Origin: Syntrophomonadaceae bacterium
Lineage (GTDB): Bacteria; Bacillota; Syntrophomonadia; Syntrophomonadales; Syntrophothermaceae
Assembly: GCA_012719535.1 (NCBI GenBank)
Contig: JAAYAC010000146.1
Coordinates: forward strand, 10,337 to 74,336
Reading direction: 5' to 3'
DNA length: 64,000 bases
Shown: positions 62,568 through 64,000 of the stretch, in pieces
How the letters are laid out: every line of letters starts with the position of its first letter
How positions within the stretch are numbered: position 1 is the stretch's first letter
Notes under the pieces: model-generated
Databases searched by the model: none
What the model was told of the DNA's origin: nothing
What the model saw: the letters and a program-made list of their open reading frames with translations, nothing else
Position numbers and translations under genes: made by a program

Positions 62568-62724
62568 CTCACTAATTCCTCCTTTAGTTTCCTTCTCTGG
62601 TTTATCACCTGGCTGAAACCACCTACCCCCATCGCCCCTGGTAGTATCACGACCGGGTAACCACACCGGGTGAAGGTAGTTTACAGAGTCCGCATCCATC
62701 CAACTTGTCTTTTCGCCCTGAATC

Positions 62725-63249
62725 CTAAGATGCTTCCTTCTTTTCCTTGATGGCATTGAGTACTCTGGCCAGCCCGCTCAGATTGGCATTTAAGACGTAC
62801 ACCAGCCCACGTATGGGAGCCTGCAAGCCCCCCAGTACCTGGGCAACCAGTACAGGCTTCGGTGGTAGGGCGGCCAGCGCCTCCACTTCCTTAGCGTTCA
62901 GTAATTTGTGCTCCAATACGCCGACCTTTATCTCGAGCTTCTTTTTCTCCTTGATAAAATCAGTGATAACTTTGGCCGGCTCGACCGGATCCTGGTGCCC
63001 GAAGACTACCGCGTTGGGACCTTCCAGGTACGGCAGTACCTCTTCCAGACCAGCATCCCTGAGAGCAAACCCGGTTAGGGTGTTTTTGACTACCTTGAAT
63101 TCAACCCCCGTTTCTCGAAGCCGGTTGCGCAATTCAGTCATTTCGGCCACGCTAAGACCCCTATAATCGGTAAATATCACCACTGAGGAATTAGCTAGCC
63201 TGGCCTTGATTTCTTCAACGGTTTTCTGTTTTTTCTCCAGGTTGGGCAT
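62725..63249 (-). CDS. rplJ: 50S ribosomal protein L10
   Basis: 174 aa from the ATG at 63249 ([41 protein letters not shown]), with GGGGGTGA upstream. Confidence 0.96.
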   Translation of the reverse strand: MPNLEKKQKTVEEIKARLANSSVVIFTDYRGLSVAEMTELRNRLRETGVEFKVVKNTLTGFALRDAGLEEVLPYLEGPNAVVFGHQDPVEPAKVITDFIKEKKKLEIKVGVLEHKLLNAKEVEALAALPPKPVLVAQVLGGLQAPIRGLVYVLNANLSGLARVLNAIKEKKEAS

Positions 63250-63425
63250 TAAGCTTTCACCCCCTTTACAGCAGGTTTTCCGGTGAGGGCCCAAAAAATT
63301 AGACCCCCGCAGACAATGGTGCAGAGGTCATAACTTACCTGTAAGTCTCTATAACCTCGGTGGGCTGAACCCTCAATTAAGGCTTACCGCCACCCACTGT
63401 CTACGGTCAATCAATATTAAGTTGG
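63250..63425 (-). promoter_or_regulatory. L10 (rplJ) leader with attenuator hairpin
   Basis: A 185-nt untranslated spacer between rplA and rplJ. The minus strand contains CCGTAGACAGTGGGTGGCGGTAAGCCTTAATTGAGGGTTCAGCCCACCGAGG, then the terminator-like hairpin GACCTCTGC-ACCATTGTCT-GCGGGGGTC with TAATTTTTT (63293-63329). The position and the attenuator are consistent with the Firmicute L10 leader. The match to that RNA family has not been verified. Confidence 0.5.
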
Positions 63426-63434
63426 AGCCAACTA

Positions 63435-64000
63435 TTACCGGGCTTTTTGCATTACCGCCATCGGATTGATCCTTATCCCCGGTCCCATGGTGGAAGATAC
63501 ACTGATAGACCTGAGGTATTGCCCCTTGGCCGCAGCCGGCTTCGCTTTGATGAGAGCCTCCACGAAAGCGCTGAAGTTGTCCAGCAACTGCTCAAGGGTA
63601 AACGACACCTTGCCTATAGGCGCGTGAACGATAGCTGTCTTGTCAACCCGGTACTCGATCCTTCCCGCTTTAAGTTCTTTGATGGTCCGGGCGATGTCAA
63701 AGGTAACAGTCCCCGACTTGGGATTGGGCATCAGGCCTCTCGGCCCCAGTATCTTACCTAATTTCCCTACCACACCCATCATATCCGGGGTGGCAACCGC
63801 CACATCAAAATCTAACCAGCCCTCACGGATTTTTTCAGCCAGCTCTTCCGCCCCGACCACATCGGCGCCCGCTTCCTCAGCCTCTTTGGCCTTATCGCCT
63901 TTGGCAAATACCAGCACTCTTCTGGTCTTGCCGGTACCGTGCGGAAGACTTACCGTTCCCCTTACTTGTTGGTCGGCGTGACGCGGGTCGACCCCAAGCT
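63435..64000 (-). CDS. rplA: 50S ribosomal protein L1 (partial, N-terminus outside window)
   Basis: The frame is open to the window edge. Translation reads [49 protein letters not shown]...[13 protein letters not shown]. The track ORF starting at 63917 is an internal GTG. Confidence 0.95.
   Translation of the reverse strand, partial: LGVDPRHADQQVRGTVSLPHGTGKTRRVLVFAKGDKAKEAEEAGADVVGAEELAEKIREGWLDFDVAVATPDMMGVVGKLGKILGPRGLMPNPKSGTVTFDIARTIKELKAGRIEYRVDKTAIVHAPIGKVSFTLEQLLDNFSAFVEALIKAKPAAAKGQYLRSISVSSTMGPGIRINPMAVMQKAR

Overview
This window is almost entirely minus-strand core genome from a spore-forming Firmicute. It looks Clostridia/Peptococcaceae-like and is roughly 50-55% GC by eye. Reading along the minus strand (high to low coordinates), the gene order is: rplA (partial), L10 leader, rplJ, rplL, rpoB, rpoC, an L7Ae-like gene, rpsL, rpsG, fusA, tuf, and the complete S10-spc-alpha ribosomal cluster (rpsJ to rplQ, including secY, adk, map, infA and rpoA). 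This is followed by ecfA1-ecfA2-ecfT, truA, rplM, rpsI and cwlD with an AMMECR1/radical-SAM pair. Next come a crotonase, a SatP-like transporter and a small mobile-element graveyard. After that lie an arginine operon (argC-J-B-D, carA-like, argF, GNAT, P-loop gene, argG, argH), a holin-like gene, tRNA-Thr and an endonuclease III-related gene. The only plus-strand genes are an HD-GYP gene, one or two small ORFs and the transposon ATPase pseudogene. The low-coordinate end carries a large hypothetical gene and a T-box-controlled ilvE-D-B-N-C cluster. I found no CRISPR array and no rRNA. The points most worth a second look are:
- The arg operon: a CarA homologue lacking the catalytic Cys and Glu, no carB, an embedded GNAT plus COG2403-like P-loop gene, a C-terminally extended ArgH, and a repeated intercistronic motif.
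- cwlD translationally coupled to a LigB-AMMECR1 fusion and a radical SAM enzyme.
- Two perfect 76-bp direct repeats inside the rpsJ-rplC spacer.
- A group IIC intron 5' fragment sitting just after a terminator and cut by the end of a decayed transposon.
- Several ribosomal-cluster oddities: no rpmD, a Cys4 L24, a Cys4 insertion in EF-Tu, and a long rplX-rplE spacer.

All family assignments come from reading the translations and from memory of conserved motifs. No database search was run.
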